Positions 20,062 through 28,495 of a DNA stretch of 52,271 bases are shown piece after piece. The notes beneath the pieces are model-generated. The model worked only from the letters and a program-made list of their open reading frames with translations. It was not told where the DNA came from and ran no database searches. Source of the stretch: a virus (lineage: Duplodnaviria; Caudoviricetes); the IMG/VR virus record IMGVR_UViG_3300047586_000105, positions 1 through 52,271 of that record; one strand, 5' to 3'. The translations under genes and the position numbers were made by a program. How positions within the stretch are numbered: position 1 is the stretch's first letter; every line of letters starts with the position of its first letter.

Positions 20062-22257
20062 TCAACCCGTCATCACGGCACCCGGGCCACCGCCAGCGCC
20101 CTGCATCTGGGCGGCGACGGCGGCCGGGGCGATACTCGTCTGTTGGGGCGGACCCTGCGGACCGGCGGGAGCGCCCTGTTGGGGCATCGCCTGCGCGGCC
20201 TGCATCGCCTGCCACTGGTACATCAGGTCCTGTCGCTTCTGGGCGGCGAGTCGCGCGATCGCGTCCGCCGTCTCGTCCTGCGTCAACTCCGAGAGGGCGT
20301 CGAGGTGCGCCTTTAGGTCATCGTCCCGCAGGCGGGGGTACTGCGTCTCGACCTGCCCGAACACGAGGAGTGCGGCGCGCTGGACCCACGGATGCGCGAT
20401 GCTCGTCTCGTGGAAGTTGTTCTGCTCGCGGAACTGCGCCGTGAGGTGCAGGATGGCGTTCGTGATGGCCTTGGCCCGACGCTTCTGCACCGCCTTGGGA
20501 TAACTCTCGTCACCGAAGATCATCGGGTTCGGGTACGCCCGACGCGCTTCCTCGGTCGAGAGGAAGGGCTGCTTGTCGGCGCCCATCGTCTGGCAGAGTT
20601 CGAGGACTTCCTGCGCCCGCAGTTCGGGACTCGGCCCGAAGGCGTTCACGAGTTTGAACGAGGGCGGCTGGTCCGAGAGTTTCGTGTTGTCGATGTAGGG
20701 ATCCACGAGATGCCCGTACTCGTCCCCGACGATGCGGATGAGCCACGGCACGTTCCCGTAGGTCTTCATCTGCCGCCAGCACCCCACGGCGAAGTCGCAG
20801 GCCGAGCGCCGGAACCGCTGGTTCACCGGCCCGTGCACCGTGTTGTCCGCCTGCTGGAGGGCCACGATGGCGCGATAGGCCATCCGGGACCCGGGCGCTT
20901 CCCCACGCGAGGATGCCTGGTAGCCGCCGCCCGTGAAGATGGCCCTCCGCTTCTCGTCGGCTTCCCGCTCGAGGCCCTGGAGGATGTAGGCGGGCCACTC
21001 GATGGCGCGGGGTCGCCAGGAGGCGAGACTCGGCTCGATCTCCATGATGTTGTAGCCGCCGAGGTCGCCCATGTCCTCGTGAATCGCGCCGCCGGGGGCC
21101 ACGATGGGCGACTCCATCGCCCGATTCAGGAACTCCCACTTCTTGGAGAGTGCGATGTTGAGGTCCACCTGCTGCTGGTCGCAGTCCTCAACCCACGGCT
21201 TCCCGAGGATGTCGTCGGCGCGGTGATGCGAGTAGAACAGCGAGAAGGAGAAGTCCTTCGCTGGCAGGGCCTGGTCCGCGAGCGGGACGACGTGTCCAGA
21301 GCCCGTCTGGCCCCGCAGGAGGTCCACCGTGCCGGGCACCCCCACGATCTGGAGCCGCCCGTTCGGGTAGTCGGTCAGTACGCCGGGCAGCGTCTCGCGG
21401 CAGAGGAGGAGGAGGAGTTCCTCGGAGCCGTCCTGCCCTGCCCGCTGATTCAGGACCGGGGAGCCGTGGACGCCGAGGCCGTCCATCTTCCACTGGCGCG
21501 CGATGCGCTGGAACACGGAGGCCGATGGCATCCGGGTACTGCCCTCCAACCCCGCCGCCTCGGGGACGTTGGCGAAGTGCTTGCGGACCATTGCCGCCGG
21601 CAGTACCCGCCCGTAGGAGCAGGCATAGGCCGACCCCCGCTTGGCCCCGACATCGAACACGGTGTCGAAGGGGTTGCCGACCCAGCAGTCGATGGACCCC
21701 GGATGCGGCGTCGCCGTCCCGTCCGGCACGTCCTCGTAGTCCCCGGAGGCGTCGTCTCGCCAGTAGCGGTGCACCGGGCAGAAGCCCGCAGGCATCGCCA
21801 TGTAGAGGGCGTCGGCGAACACCCCGTTGAGGTCCTGGGCGTCCGCGAGGTAGTTCATCCACAGCATGTCCACCAGCGCCCGGTCCCGGGACTTCCGGTC
21901 TGGCGTCGAGTCGGCGAAGTAGCGCAGCGGCATCGTGGTGTGGTGCGCCACGGCATTGTCAACGATGAGGCGGAGGCAGTTCTCGGTCTTGCGGAAGTCG
22001 GAGATAAGACGCGGGATGGCAATGCGTTGGCCCTCAAAGATGGCCGCCCACTGGGCATCACCTGCGCCGTCAATGTGCAGGAGCAGCATCTCGGAGATGA
22101 GGTCGCGTTCCCGACGTGCCGTCAGGCCCGCCTTGTGGAGTGTGACCACCATCTGGGCGTCCGCCTGGGCCGTGCGCCGTCCCTGAGCGTCCACCTGGTT
22201 CTGCGCGGGCGCGGGAGCGATCGGAGGGGGCGGCGTGCCGACCTGGGGTGCGGTCAA
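20062..22257 (-). CDS. Portal protein
   Basis: ~730 aa (likely TTG start overlapping the upstream TGA); NPFDTVFD, GKPWVED, SRGEAPG..AYRAIVALQQAD; Q/P/G-rich tail; between terminase and scaffold. Confidence 0.8.
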   Translation of the reverse strand: MTAPQVGTPPPPIAPAPAQNQVDAQGRRTAQADAQMVVTLHKAGLTARRERDLISEMLLLHIDGAGDAQWAAIFEGQRIAIPRLISDFRKTENCLRLIVDNAVAHHTTMPLRYFADSTPDRKSRDRALVDMLWMNYLADAQDLNGVFADALYMAMPAGFCPVHRYWRDDASGDYEDVPDGTATPHPGSIDCWVGNPFDTVFDVGAKRGSAYACSYGRVLPAAMVRKHFANVPEAAGLEGSTRMPSASVFQRIARQWKMDGLGVHGSPVLNQRAGQDGSEELLLLLCRETLPGVLTDYPNGRLQIVGVPGTVDLLRGQTGSGHVVPLADQALPAKDFSFSLFYSHHRADDILGKPWVEDCDQQQVDLNIALSKKWEFLNRAMESPIVAPGGAIHEDMGDLGGYNIMEIEPSLASWRPRAIEWPAYILQGLEREADEKRRAIFTGGGYQASSRGEAPGSRMAYRAIVALQQADNTVHGPVNQRFRRSACDFAVGCWRQMKTYGNVPWLIRIVGDEYGHLVDPYIDNTKLSDQPPSFKLVNAFGPSPELRAQEVLELCQTMGADKQPFLSTEEARRAYPNPMIFGDESYPKAVQKRRAKAITNAILHLTAQFREQNNFHETSIAHPWVQRAALLVFGQVETQYPRLRDDDLKAHLDALSELTQDETADAIARLAAQKRQDLMYQWQAMQAAQAMPQQGAPAGPQGPPQQTSIAPAAVAAQMQGAGGGPGAVMTG

Positions 22258-22565
22258 CGCATCATTCCCTGCGCTGGGGGTCCGGGAGGCGTTACGGCGG
22301 CTCCACGCGCCATCTGGGTCGCGGGGTGGTTCTGCTCGAACCACGCCCGCACCGCGTTGGCGTCCTCGGCGGGACCCTCACCCTTCTCGGCCTGCACGGG
22401 GAACGTGGTGCCGCACTTGGGGCACGTCTGCGTGGCGAGCGCCCCGTTGACCGTCGGCTCCTGCGGACCCTCGGCCTCGGCGGTCGGGGGACCCTGTGGC
22501 CCTGCGGGAGCGGGTGGCCCCGCTCTGCCCGCCATCATCGCCAACCGACCCAGTGATTCGCCCAT
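22254..22565 (-). CDS. Small Pro-rich protein with a CPKCG knuckle
   Basis: 103 aa ORF coupled to the portal start. Confidence 0.5.
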   Translation of the reverse strand: MGESLGRLAMMAGRAGPPAPAGPQGPPTAEAEGPQEPTVNGALATQTCPKCGTTFPVQAEKGEGPAEDANAVRAWFEQNHPATQMARGAAVTPPGPPAQGMMR

Positions 22566-22585
22566 GTGACCCCCGGAGACGAGAA

Positions 22586-22626
22586 CAGCCCGACCCGCGC
22601 TGCGTCTGGCAGCACAGGCCGGGCTG
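22586..22626 (-). terminator. 18-bp hairpin, terminator/attenuator-like, upstream of the head operon
   Basis: Minus strand CAGCCCGGCCTGTGCTGC-CAGAC-GCAGCGCGGGTCGGGCTG (with G:U pairs) followed by TTCTCGT. Confidence 0.5.
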
Positions 22627-22696
22627 AGGGGGTTCAGGCTCCGGCGACCCCACCCTTGGTTCCGGGCGCGGTCGGTACTACGTCACGATACCGATT

Positions 22697-22903
22697 CTAC
22701 GACGCACCCTCCTCGCTGTCAAGGTGGCGTGACAGTGGCTCCTTCCCGAGTCGGCGTGTCTCGGTGCGCCGAACCCCCATCGGAATCCCGTCCTTGAAGT
22801 CCAAGGCGAGGTTTCCGGTGAAGCCCGTCTGTGCGGCTCGCAGGACCTCGTCCACCACCTCCCGAACCCGGGGGCTGGTCACGTAGGAGGGGGCGTGGCT
22901 CAT
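22697..22903 (-). CDS. Small DUF2292/YezD-like protein
   Basis: 68 aa; GFTGNLALDFKDGIPMGVRRTET pattern. Confidence 0.5.
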   Translation of the reverse strand: MSHAPSYVTSPRVREVVDEVLRAAQTGFTGNLALDFKDGIPMGVRRTETRRLGKEPLSRHLDSEEGAS

Positions 22904-23280
22904 GCGGCGGACACCGGGGACGGCTCGACCTCACCGGGGTTGGCAGCACCCGGTTGGCCCGCGCCTGGACTCGCGGGTTGCGGCTCTGCCGTTCTCCCCG
23001 GTGCCGTCGCAGCATCTTCCTTCGGCTTCGTGAACCACGCGGCGAGCGCGACGAGTGCGGCCCACGTCTTCTTGCCCCGACTCCGGAACGGGTGTTCCAG
23101 CGCCCAGATGCGCTCCCGGAGCGGCTTCACCTGCATCCCGTCGAACATCACGAGGGCCTCGGAGACCTTGCCGCAGATTTCCTGGTTGAACGCGGCCAAA
23201 GTGCGCTCAAGGCCGCCAATTCGCACCGGGGTCCGCGAGAGGTTCTGGCCACGCTGGGGGTGCTGACGCTTCGCGCTCAC
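22900..23280 (-). CDS. Hypothetical protein
   Basis: GTGA overlap at 23277-23280; MSAKRQHPQ... Confidence 0.5.
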   Translation of the reverse strand: MSAKRQHPQRGQNLSRTPVRIGGLERTLAAFNQEICGKVSEALVMFDGMQVKPLRERIWALEHPFRSRGKKTWAALVALAAWFTKPKEDAATAPGRTAEPQPASPGAGQPGAANPGEVEPSPVSAA

Positions 23281-23624
23281 TCTGTCTGCTCCTCGGCCAT
23301 CACCTCGGCCACGATAGTTGCCCACGGCGTGCCTCGAACGTGCCTTCGCCACGCCACTGCCGTCATTTCCCTTCGGACCGTCCGGTTGCCGAAGGCCGCG
23401 ATGTACTTCACGAGTTCGTCGGGCATCGGCTCCGGAGCGGGACGCGGCTGGCGTGGCTCCTCGGAGAGTCCCGCTTCGCTGCGCCCGATGCGCACGAGGG
23501 CGTCGGTCAGGCGGTCCACCTCGGCGCGGAGGTGCTCGACCTGACCCATCGCGTCACTGAGGCGAGCGCGGACTTGCTCCGCTGCGTCGTCGAAGCGAGC
23601 GCGACTGACCCACGGCCAGATCAT
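23277..23624 (-). CDS. Hypothetical coiled-coil protein
   Basis: ATGA overlap; MIWPWVSRARF... Confidence 0.55.
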   Translation of the reverse strand: MIWPWVSRARFDDAAEQVRARLSDAMGQVEHLRAEVDRLTDALVRIGRSEAGLSEEPRQPRPAPEPMPDELVKYIAAFGNRTVRREMTAVAWRRHVRGTPWATIVAEVMAEEQTE

Positions 23625-24028
23625 GGCGTTCTCGTCGATGGACGGGTCCACCATGAATGGAAGTTGCGGATAGCCACCGCGCGCCGCCGCCCTAGTCGTT
23701 GCTCCGGCGTGAATCGCGCACGAGATGGTCTGCCGACGTGCCTGTTGCGATATGGGTGCTGTGCGTTCCACAGGTCTTGCTGTCTCCGTGCGGACACCCT
23801 CGCACATGGGCCTGGGCACCTCTTCCGCGGAGCACCGCGGTATCCCGAAATAACGGGCTTACCGCACTCCAAACACATCTGAGCCGAGCCTACAGTCACC
23901 AACTGTCCAAGGTGTTTCCCGACACGGATGGTGATGACGCTGGGTTGGCCGTGCGCCAACAGTCGCTCGGTGTCCGCGCCATCGACACGTCGCTGCCATA
24001 TGTCGATTCGGACGCCCGCGCTCGTCAT
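23621..24028 (-). CDS. Hypothetical zinc-finger protein
   Basis: ATGA overlap; CLECG...CPGPC. Confidence 0.45.
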   Translation of the reverse strand: MTSAGVRIDIWQRRVDGADTERLLAHGQPSVITIRVGKHLGQLVTVGSAQMCLECGKPVISGYRGAPRKRCPGPCARVSARRQQDLWNAQHPYRNRHVGRPSRARFTPEQRLGRRRAVAIRNFHSWWTRPSTRTP

Positions 24029-24249
24029 TGCGACTCCCCTTCCGTGGCCTTCGCAATCTTCTCGCGGATGTCGGTGACGAACTGCCGGGTGCGCGACGCG
24101 GATGCCTTCTCTAGTCCACGCTCTAGCCCGAGTCGGTGTCCTCGCATGAACAGTTTCTCGGCGTCCCGCATCAACCGCACGGCCCCGTGCAAGCGACCGA
24201 CCCAGTAACAGACGAAGGCCGTGACGAGCACGGCGATGACGGTCCACAT
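24025..24249 (-). CDS. Small protein with N-terminal transmembrane helix
   Basis: MWTVIAVLVTAFVCYWVG. Confidence 0.55.
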   Translation of the reverse strand: MWTVIAVLVTAFVCYWVGRLHGAVRLMRDAEKLFMRGHRLGLERGLEKASASRTRQFVTDIREKIAKATEGESQ

Positions 24250-24251
24250 GG

Positions 24252-26015
24252 TCAGACTCTCCCTCGGTGGGCGAACTGGCGCCGGATGCGCCGCTCCTCG
24301 GCCTGTGCGTGCTTGGCGTGCGCGGCAAGGCGTTTTTCCAAACCCGTATCACGATTTCGGTCTACCTTCTGCGTCTTGGGCGCCAGATGGGCGCGGTCGG
24401 GCGAGCGGGGACGCACCCAGTTCCCGTAGGCCACGGCATCGGCCTTGTCGGGGGAACGTCCAACGCGGGAGCGGATGTGCTCCTTGAGCGCTAGCGTGAT
24501 CTTGCCGCCCGGCTCCTCGTACTCGATGGCCGTCAGTTCCTCGAAGAGTCGCTGGTCCTTCGGCAGGCCGATGCGGTTGAGGCGCAGGTCCTCGCGGAGC
24601 CGCCAGAAGACTTGGGAGCGGACATTCGCGTAGCGTTCGGCCTCGGGCACGACGGGGCCGGCAGGGCGGAGCGCGCCCTCTTCGTCCTTCCTCGTCTGGC
24701 TCCACTGGCCCTCGATGTCGATGGCGGGCACCGCGCGCTCGCCGCCTGAGATGCGGCGGACGCGCACCCCGAGCCGCACGAGTTCATTGACGGTGCTCGC
24801 TCCGACCCCTACCGAGTCGATGCCCACGTTCCGGGGACTGATGGGCGCGTCGGGGTTCGTCATCTCCCGGTGCACGATGCGCCCCACCTCGGAGGCGTCG
24901 GCGGCGACGAGGTACTCGACTTCCGTGCACACCGCGCCCTGCCAGCGCGAGACGGCGCTCTTGTCCCCCGTCGGGGAGTCGGCCACGTCCACGCCGAGCG
25001 AGAGGGGTCCGTCACGCAACTTCTCGTCGCCCCACCGACCCGCTGCCGATTCGCACCAGTCCCACCGGATGAGTGCCCTCTTCGACTGCGTGGGTGCGAT
25101 ACCCCGGACACGGGAGAGGTAGATGGGGTCGTCCTGGTTCCCCCCGGCGTCCGCGAGGCGGCGCGCGATGCTCTCCGGCGTGACGGCACCGGGAATGATG
25201 TCGCGCCCCGTCACGACGTTCGGGTGGTCGAGTGCGGAGATGCGGACCGCCTTGACCCACGGGCGCGCAGCGAAGAGGCCGAGCGTGTCGTAGCGGTGGT
25301 CCGGGTTGCCCATCCCGAGGATTGGGTTGAAGCGCCCCGTCGCCGTGTTGATGATGGTGTTCACGAGCGCCGTATCGACGCCCGGCATCTCCTCGACGAG
25401 CCACAGCATACTCGGATGGTGGAAACCCGCGAGGCGCTGGGCCACATCCTCCTGTGCTCCGACGCCAGCCGCGAACGCCGTGGCGGCCCACACCTCTTGG
25501 TCGCCCTGCCCGTCCATCATCCGCAACTTGCCGGTGAGGAGCGCCGCGTTCGGGAAGTGGCGCTTGAATCTTGGATACAGGCGGCCGATTTCTTTCCAGA
25601 GGTTGAGGAGGAGCTGCTCTTGCTTCGGCGCGATGCTGAGGACGATGGAGTTCGTGTGAGTAGCGAGGAACCACAGTGCCCCGCAGGCACCGAGTCCGTA
25701 CGTCTTCCCCGTGTTCGTCCCCGAACTGACGGCGACGCTCCGACCCTCGGCGAGTTCGTTCAGCACGAGCGGGATGGGGTCGATGTCACCATCCCATTCG
25801 TGTGTCGCGTAGCCTTCGTTCAGCGACCACCGGAGCGTGTTCTCCGGCACCCCGAGGTACTCGACGATCCATTCGAGCGGGCGTTTCTGGTATGCCGTGT
25901 GGGCCACCGCGCCCGACGTCCACAGTCCCGCCCGCTTGCGCCGCTCGACCTCGGCCTCGGCCTTGGCGCGGGCGAGTTCGAGTTCGGCGGGCGAGGCGGC
26001 GCCGGGGATGCTCAC
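24252..26015 (-). CDS. terL: Terminase large subunit
   Basis: GTGA overlap start; Walker A SSGTNTGKT, Walker B-like LWLVEE, GMGNP; RNase H-like nuclease LGVDVA...GIDSVGVG...GRSPDKADA. Confidence 0.9.
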   Translation of the reverse strand: MSIPGAASPAELELARAKAEAEVERRKRAGLWTSGAVAHTAYQKRPLEWIVEYLGVPENTLRWSLNEGYATHEWDGDIDPIPLVLNELAEGRSVAVSSGTNTGKTYGLGACGALWFLATHTNSIVLSIAPKQEQLLLNLWKEIGRLYPRFKRHFPNAALLTGKLRMMDGQGDQEVWAATAFAAGVGAQEDVAQRLAGFHHPSMLWLVEEMPGVDTALVNTIINTATGRFNPILGMGNPDHRYDTLGLFAARPWVKAVRISALDHPNVVTGRDIIPGAVTPESIARRLADAGGNQDDPIYLSRVRGIAPTQSKRALIRWDWCESAAGRWGDEKLRDGPLSLGVDVADSPTGDKSAVSRWQGAVCTEVEYLVAADASEVGRIVHREMTNPDAPISPRNVGIDSVGVGASTVNELVRLGVRVRRISGGERAVPAIDIEGQWSQTRKDEEGALRPAGPVVPEAERYANVRSQVFWRLREDLRLNRIGLPKDQRLFEELTAIEYEEPGGKITLALKEHIRSRVGRSPDKADAVAYGNWVRPRSPDRAHLAPKTQKVDRNRDTGLEKRLAAHAKHAQAEERRIRRQFAHRGRV

Positions 26016-26218
26016 CCGACGAGCGCGAGGTGGTGATGGCCTGCAGGTTGCGCCGCGAGAACGCGCTGCTGGCACGCCTCACAGGTGGTCGGTGCCCAAG
26101 TGCCGTCCCAGTCGTGTTGCACGATGGTCGTGGTGCACGGCGTGTTCGTCGCGGGGTCGAGGACCACCTCACAGGTGGCGAAGCGCCACGACGCCGGGAT
26201 GTCGCGGATAGCAGTCAC
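26012..26218 (-). CDS. Small Cys-containing hypothetical protein
   Basis: 68 aa coupled to genes on both sides; C...C...CEAC. Confidence 0.5.
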   Translation of the reverse strand: MTAIRDIPASWRFATCEVVLDPATNTPCTTTIVQHDWDGTWAPTTCEACQQRVLAAQPAGHHHLALVG

Positions 26219-26919
26219 TCTTCGGTGCTCGCGCGGCGTGCGATGCGGCCCACGGACCGGAGGTTCGCGACCGGCGTGGCGATCGCCGCTCGGAGCGCGG
26301 GCATCCGCTTCTCCAGCCAGCCGGGGTTCTGCGCCACGCCGCCCTCGGAGGCCGTATCGGGGATGCTGCGGTAGTACTCCTCACGCAACGCCAAGTACTT
26401 CTCGGGGTCGCCACCACTCGCCGCGAGCATCTGCTTCGCGATACCGGGGCCGTGCTGGACTGCGGCGTCCATATGCACGAGGCCGAGGTTCGGGGGCAAC
26501 GTGTTCGCGCCCGACCGCGTCCAGAGGTCGTGCCAGACCCGCATCCCATACTGCGCCGACTCGTGCGGGTCCGCCTGGTTGTATGTGTCGCCGGGGTGGG
26601 TCCGGTGGTACTCCTCCTCTTGGCCACCCGGCGCCAGTCCCTCTCCCGACGCCATGAAGTCCGCGAGGTGCCCACCGCGGACTTGTCCGGAGTACCCCGG
26701 CCGGGATTCCTGCTCGGCGATGAAGCGCATGGCGCGCATGAAGTTCGCATCGTTCTGCGGACTAGGGGCGGTTGCCGGACCGATGAGCGGTACGGGCCTC
26801 TGGCTCTCTACTGGGTCGGTCGTGAAGACCGCCGTGGCGTCGGGGGTTGCCACCGCAGACCCCAGAAGGCCCGCGACGGCGAGAGGCAGACTCCCTTTCG
26901 GGAAACGTGGTGCGGTCAT
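26215..26919 (-). CDS. GH108-like lysozyme / endolysin with a C-terminal peptidoglycan-binding helix
   Basis: RBS AGGAGG; LPPNLGLVHMDAAVQHGPGIAKQML, LALREEYYRSI, GWLEKRM. Confidence 0.65.
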   Translation of the reverse strand: MTAPRFPKGSLPLAVAGLLGSAVATPDATAVFTTDPVESQRPVPLIGPATAPSPQNDANFMRAMRFIAEQESRPGYSGQVRGGHLADFMASGEGLAPGGQEEEYHRTHPGDTYNQADPHESAQYGMRVWHDLWTRSGANTLPPNLGLVHMDAAVQHGPGIAKQMLAASGGDPEKYLALREEYYRSIPDTASEGGVAQNPGWLEKRMPALRAAIATPVANLRSVGRIARRASTEE

Positions 26920-26937
26920 CGTCCCTCCTGTCGTGGA

Positions 26938-27045
26938 GGCGGACCGGGGGAGTGCCTTGGCTGGGGGCGCGGACCTTGTGTAAGGGACTGGCACGGATGG
27001 CCAGCGCCGCGGTGATCCCAGGTGCCCTCTCCCCCGAGTACCGCC
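26938..27045. ncRNA. Candidate structured intergenic RNA (long stem closing a three-way junction)
   Basis: GGCGG/CCGCC, CGGGGGAG/CTCCCCCG, TGGG/CCCA and CGCGG/CCGCG enclose two hairpins CCTT-GTGT-AAGG and CTGGC-ACGGATG-GCCAG. Confidence 0.35.
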
Positions 27046-27048
27046 AGC

Positions 27049-27273
27049 TCAGTCGTTGCCCTTGTGCGCGCGGGCGATGGAGCCGATGGCGTTGAGCGCG
27101 AACTGGGCGCGCTTCTTCGTCCGCGTTGCCGCTCGGGAACCCGCCGCGAGAGACTTGTGGGCGAACTCTCGGACGGTCATGCCCGCCCGCTTCGCCTGTG
27201 CGGTGAAAGATCCGGTGGTGCCTTTCCGCTCCATCTCGTCCCGCGCCGTCTGCAACCAGTACTTGTCGGCCAT
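27049..27273 (-). CDS. Small basic phage protein
   Basis: RBS AGGAGG; KYWLQ...KGTTGSFTAQAKRAG...KKRAQFALN. Confidence 0.65.
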   Translation of the reverse strand: MADKYWLQTARDEMERKGTTGSFTAQAKRAGMTVREFAHKSLAAGSRAATRTKKRAQFALNAIGSIARAHKGND

Positions 27274-27301
27274 CGTGCCCTCCTGTGAGTCATCCTACGA
27301 A

Positions 27302-27668
27302 TGGAGCCGAGGGGAATCGAACCCCTGTGCAACGCGCAGTTCCGGCGTCGAGCTACGAGCGTTCCCGAGTTCAAGTCCCGGGCAGACTGGGAGCGACCGA
27401 CTTCATCACTCCTCCACCAGCGCGGTTTGTCGGGGCTGCGCGGCCCGTATAACCGCGGCGCTTGGGTTCTCACGGTGCGCCGCAACCGTGGCGTTCACGG
27501 CTGCCTAAGCAGCCATCGCGACCGGCCGCTCATACTGCGGAGCGACCCGACCTCGGAACGCGAGCACCTTGCCCGAAGGCTTGGCATTTGAAGCGTGGGC
27601 CGCATAGGCGCGTGCCCATCTCCGCTCGCCCTTCCCCTTCACTGCCGCTGTCGAAACCTGTCGGCCCC
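27302..27668 (-). ncRNA. ssrA: tmRNA (one-piece, 367 nt); tag reading frame 27585-27505 = AKPSGKVLAFRGRVAPQYERPVAMAA*
   Basis: 5' GGGGCCGA-CAGG-TTTCGAC; 3' T-arm AGGGG-TTCGATT-CCCCT then CGGCTCCA; acceptor stem with G3:U; helix 2 pairing CAGCG-GCAGT with ACTGC-G-CGTTG; tag ends in AA with TAG in the loop of hairpin GGCTGC-TTAG-GCAGCC; CCA not encoded. Confidence 0.93.
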
Positions 27669-27697
27669 GTACCTCCCGTCGCCCTAGCGACACCTTG

Positions 27698-27726
27698 ACA
27701 GTATGCCGACACCCTCGCGCCATCAA
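27698..27726 (-). promoter_or_regulatory. Sigma70-type promoter for the tmRNA
   Basis: TTGATG-17 nt-TACTGT about 30 nt upstream of the tmRNA 5' end. Confidence 0.55.
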
Positions 27727-28340
27727 GTACCCGTCACCTTGGCGCGACGTCCACGCTCCTCGGTGATGCGGTTGAGGCACTCGGCGTAACCCGCCATGTC
27801 GGTCCGATTGTCGCGCTTCGGCTGATAGGTCTCGCGGGACACCTTGAGGAGCACCATACAGAGTGCCACCTGTTCGGCGGTCACGGGTATCCCGAGGACG
27901 CCAGACCACATGACTCCCGTGCGACTGAAGTCATCGAGTGGGTGCCCGTAGGTTGCCCCGCGATCGCCGTAGACGAGTCGCCGGGCTTCCTCCAGTACCG
28001 TCTCGTGCTTCGGGATAATGAGGTCGAGTGTGTCGGCATCGAGGACCGGGATGCCACATTGCTCGGCGACATACACCTCCAGCCGCGCGCCCACGCTGTC
28101 CCGCCAGCCGGGAAGCACGGCCACGGCGTCCGACCGGCAGACCTCCGGTAGGTCGAGCGCCATGTAGTAGGCCGTCGGCTTCACGGCGTCCGTGGCAGGA
28201 TTGAAGCCCTCGGACTCGTCGCGTTCGGCGGGCGACCAGACGTCGTGCCCGAGGTCGCGGAGCCGCCGTGCAGCCGCGTGGAAGGCGGGGAACCCAAAGT
28301 CGGGCAATCCCCGCATCTTCCCCGATAGGTAGACGCGCAT
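27723..28340 (-). CDS. Fusion of a DUF4406 (nucleoside 2-deoxyribosyltransferase-like) domain and a DUF6378-like helical domain
   Basis: MRVYLSGKMRGLPDFGFPAF...SPAE...LPGWRDSVGARLE; then RLVYGDRGATYGHPLDDF...VALCMVLLKVSR...DNRTDMAGYA. Confidence 0.75.
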   Translation of the reverse strand: MRVYLSGKMRGLPDFGFPAFHAAARRLRDLGHDVWSPAERDESEGFNPATDAVKPTAYYMALDLPEVCRSDAVAVLPGWRDSVGARLEVYVAEQCGIPVLDADTLDLIIPKHETVLEEARRLVYGDRGATYGHPLDDFSRTGVMWSGVLGIPVTAEQVALCMVLLKVSRETYQPKRDNRTDMAGYAECLNRITEERGRRAKVTGT

Positions 28341-28495
28341 CAGGTCAGTCCTTCCAGTCCAGCGAGGCGCCGGAGTTCTGTGCGGGCGGCGACGAGTTCG
28401 GCGAAGACAATCGCTTTCTCGGTGCGACGCCACTCCTCTTCAGCCAACAGGAGAGTTACCACGGCGTGGAGCAACTCCCGGTCGGACTCACTCAT
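28340..28495 (-). CDS. Hypothetical protein (51 aa)
   Basis: MSESDRELL...; TGATG overlap with the next gene. Confidence 0.45.
   Translation of the reverse strand: MSESDRELLHAVVTLLLAEEEWRRTEKAIVFAELVAARTELRRLAGLEGLT

Noticed and set aside
26938-27045. 6S RNA assignment for the structured element
   Set aside because: Too short and branched, with no large central bubble; kept only as an unassigned candidate
27505-27909. 134-aa minus-strand ORF from the ORF track
   Set aside because: It is the tmRNA tag frame extended upstream across the promoter and the neighbouring gene; no independent RBS or coding evidence
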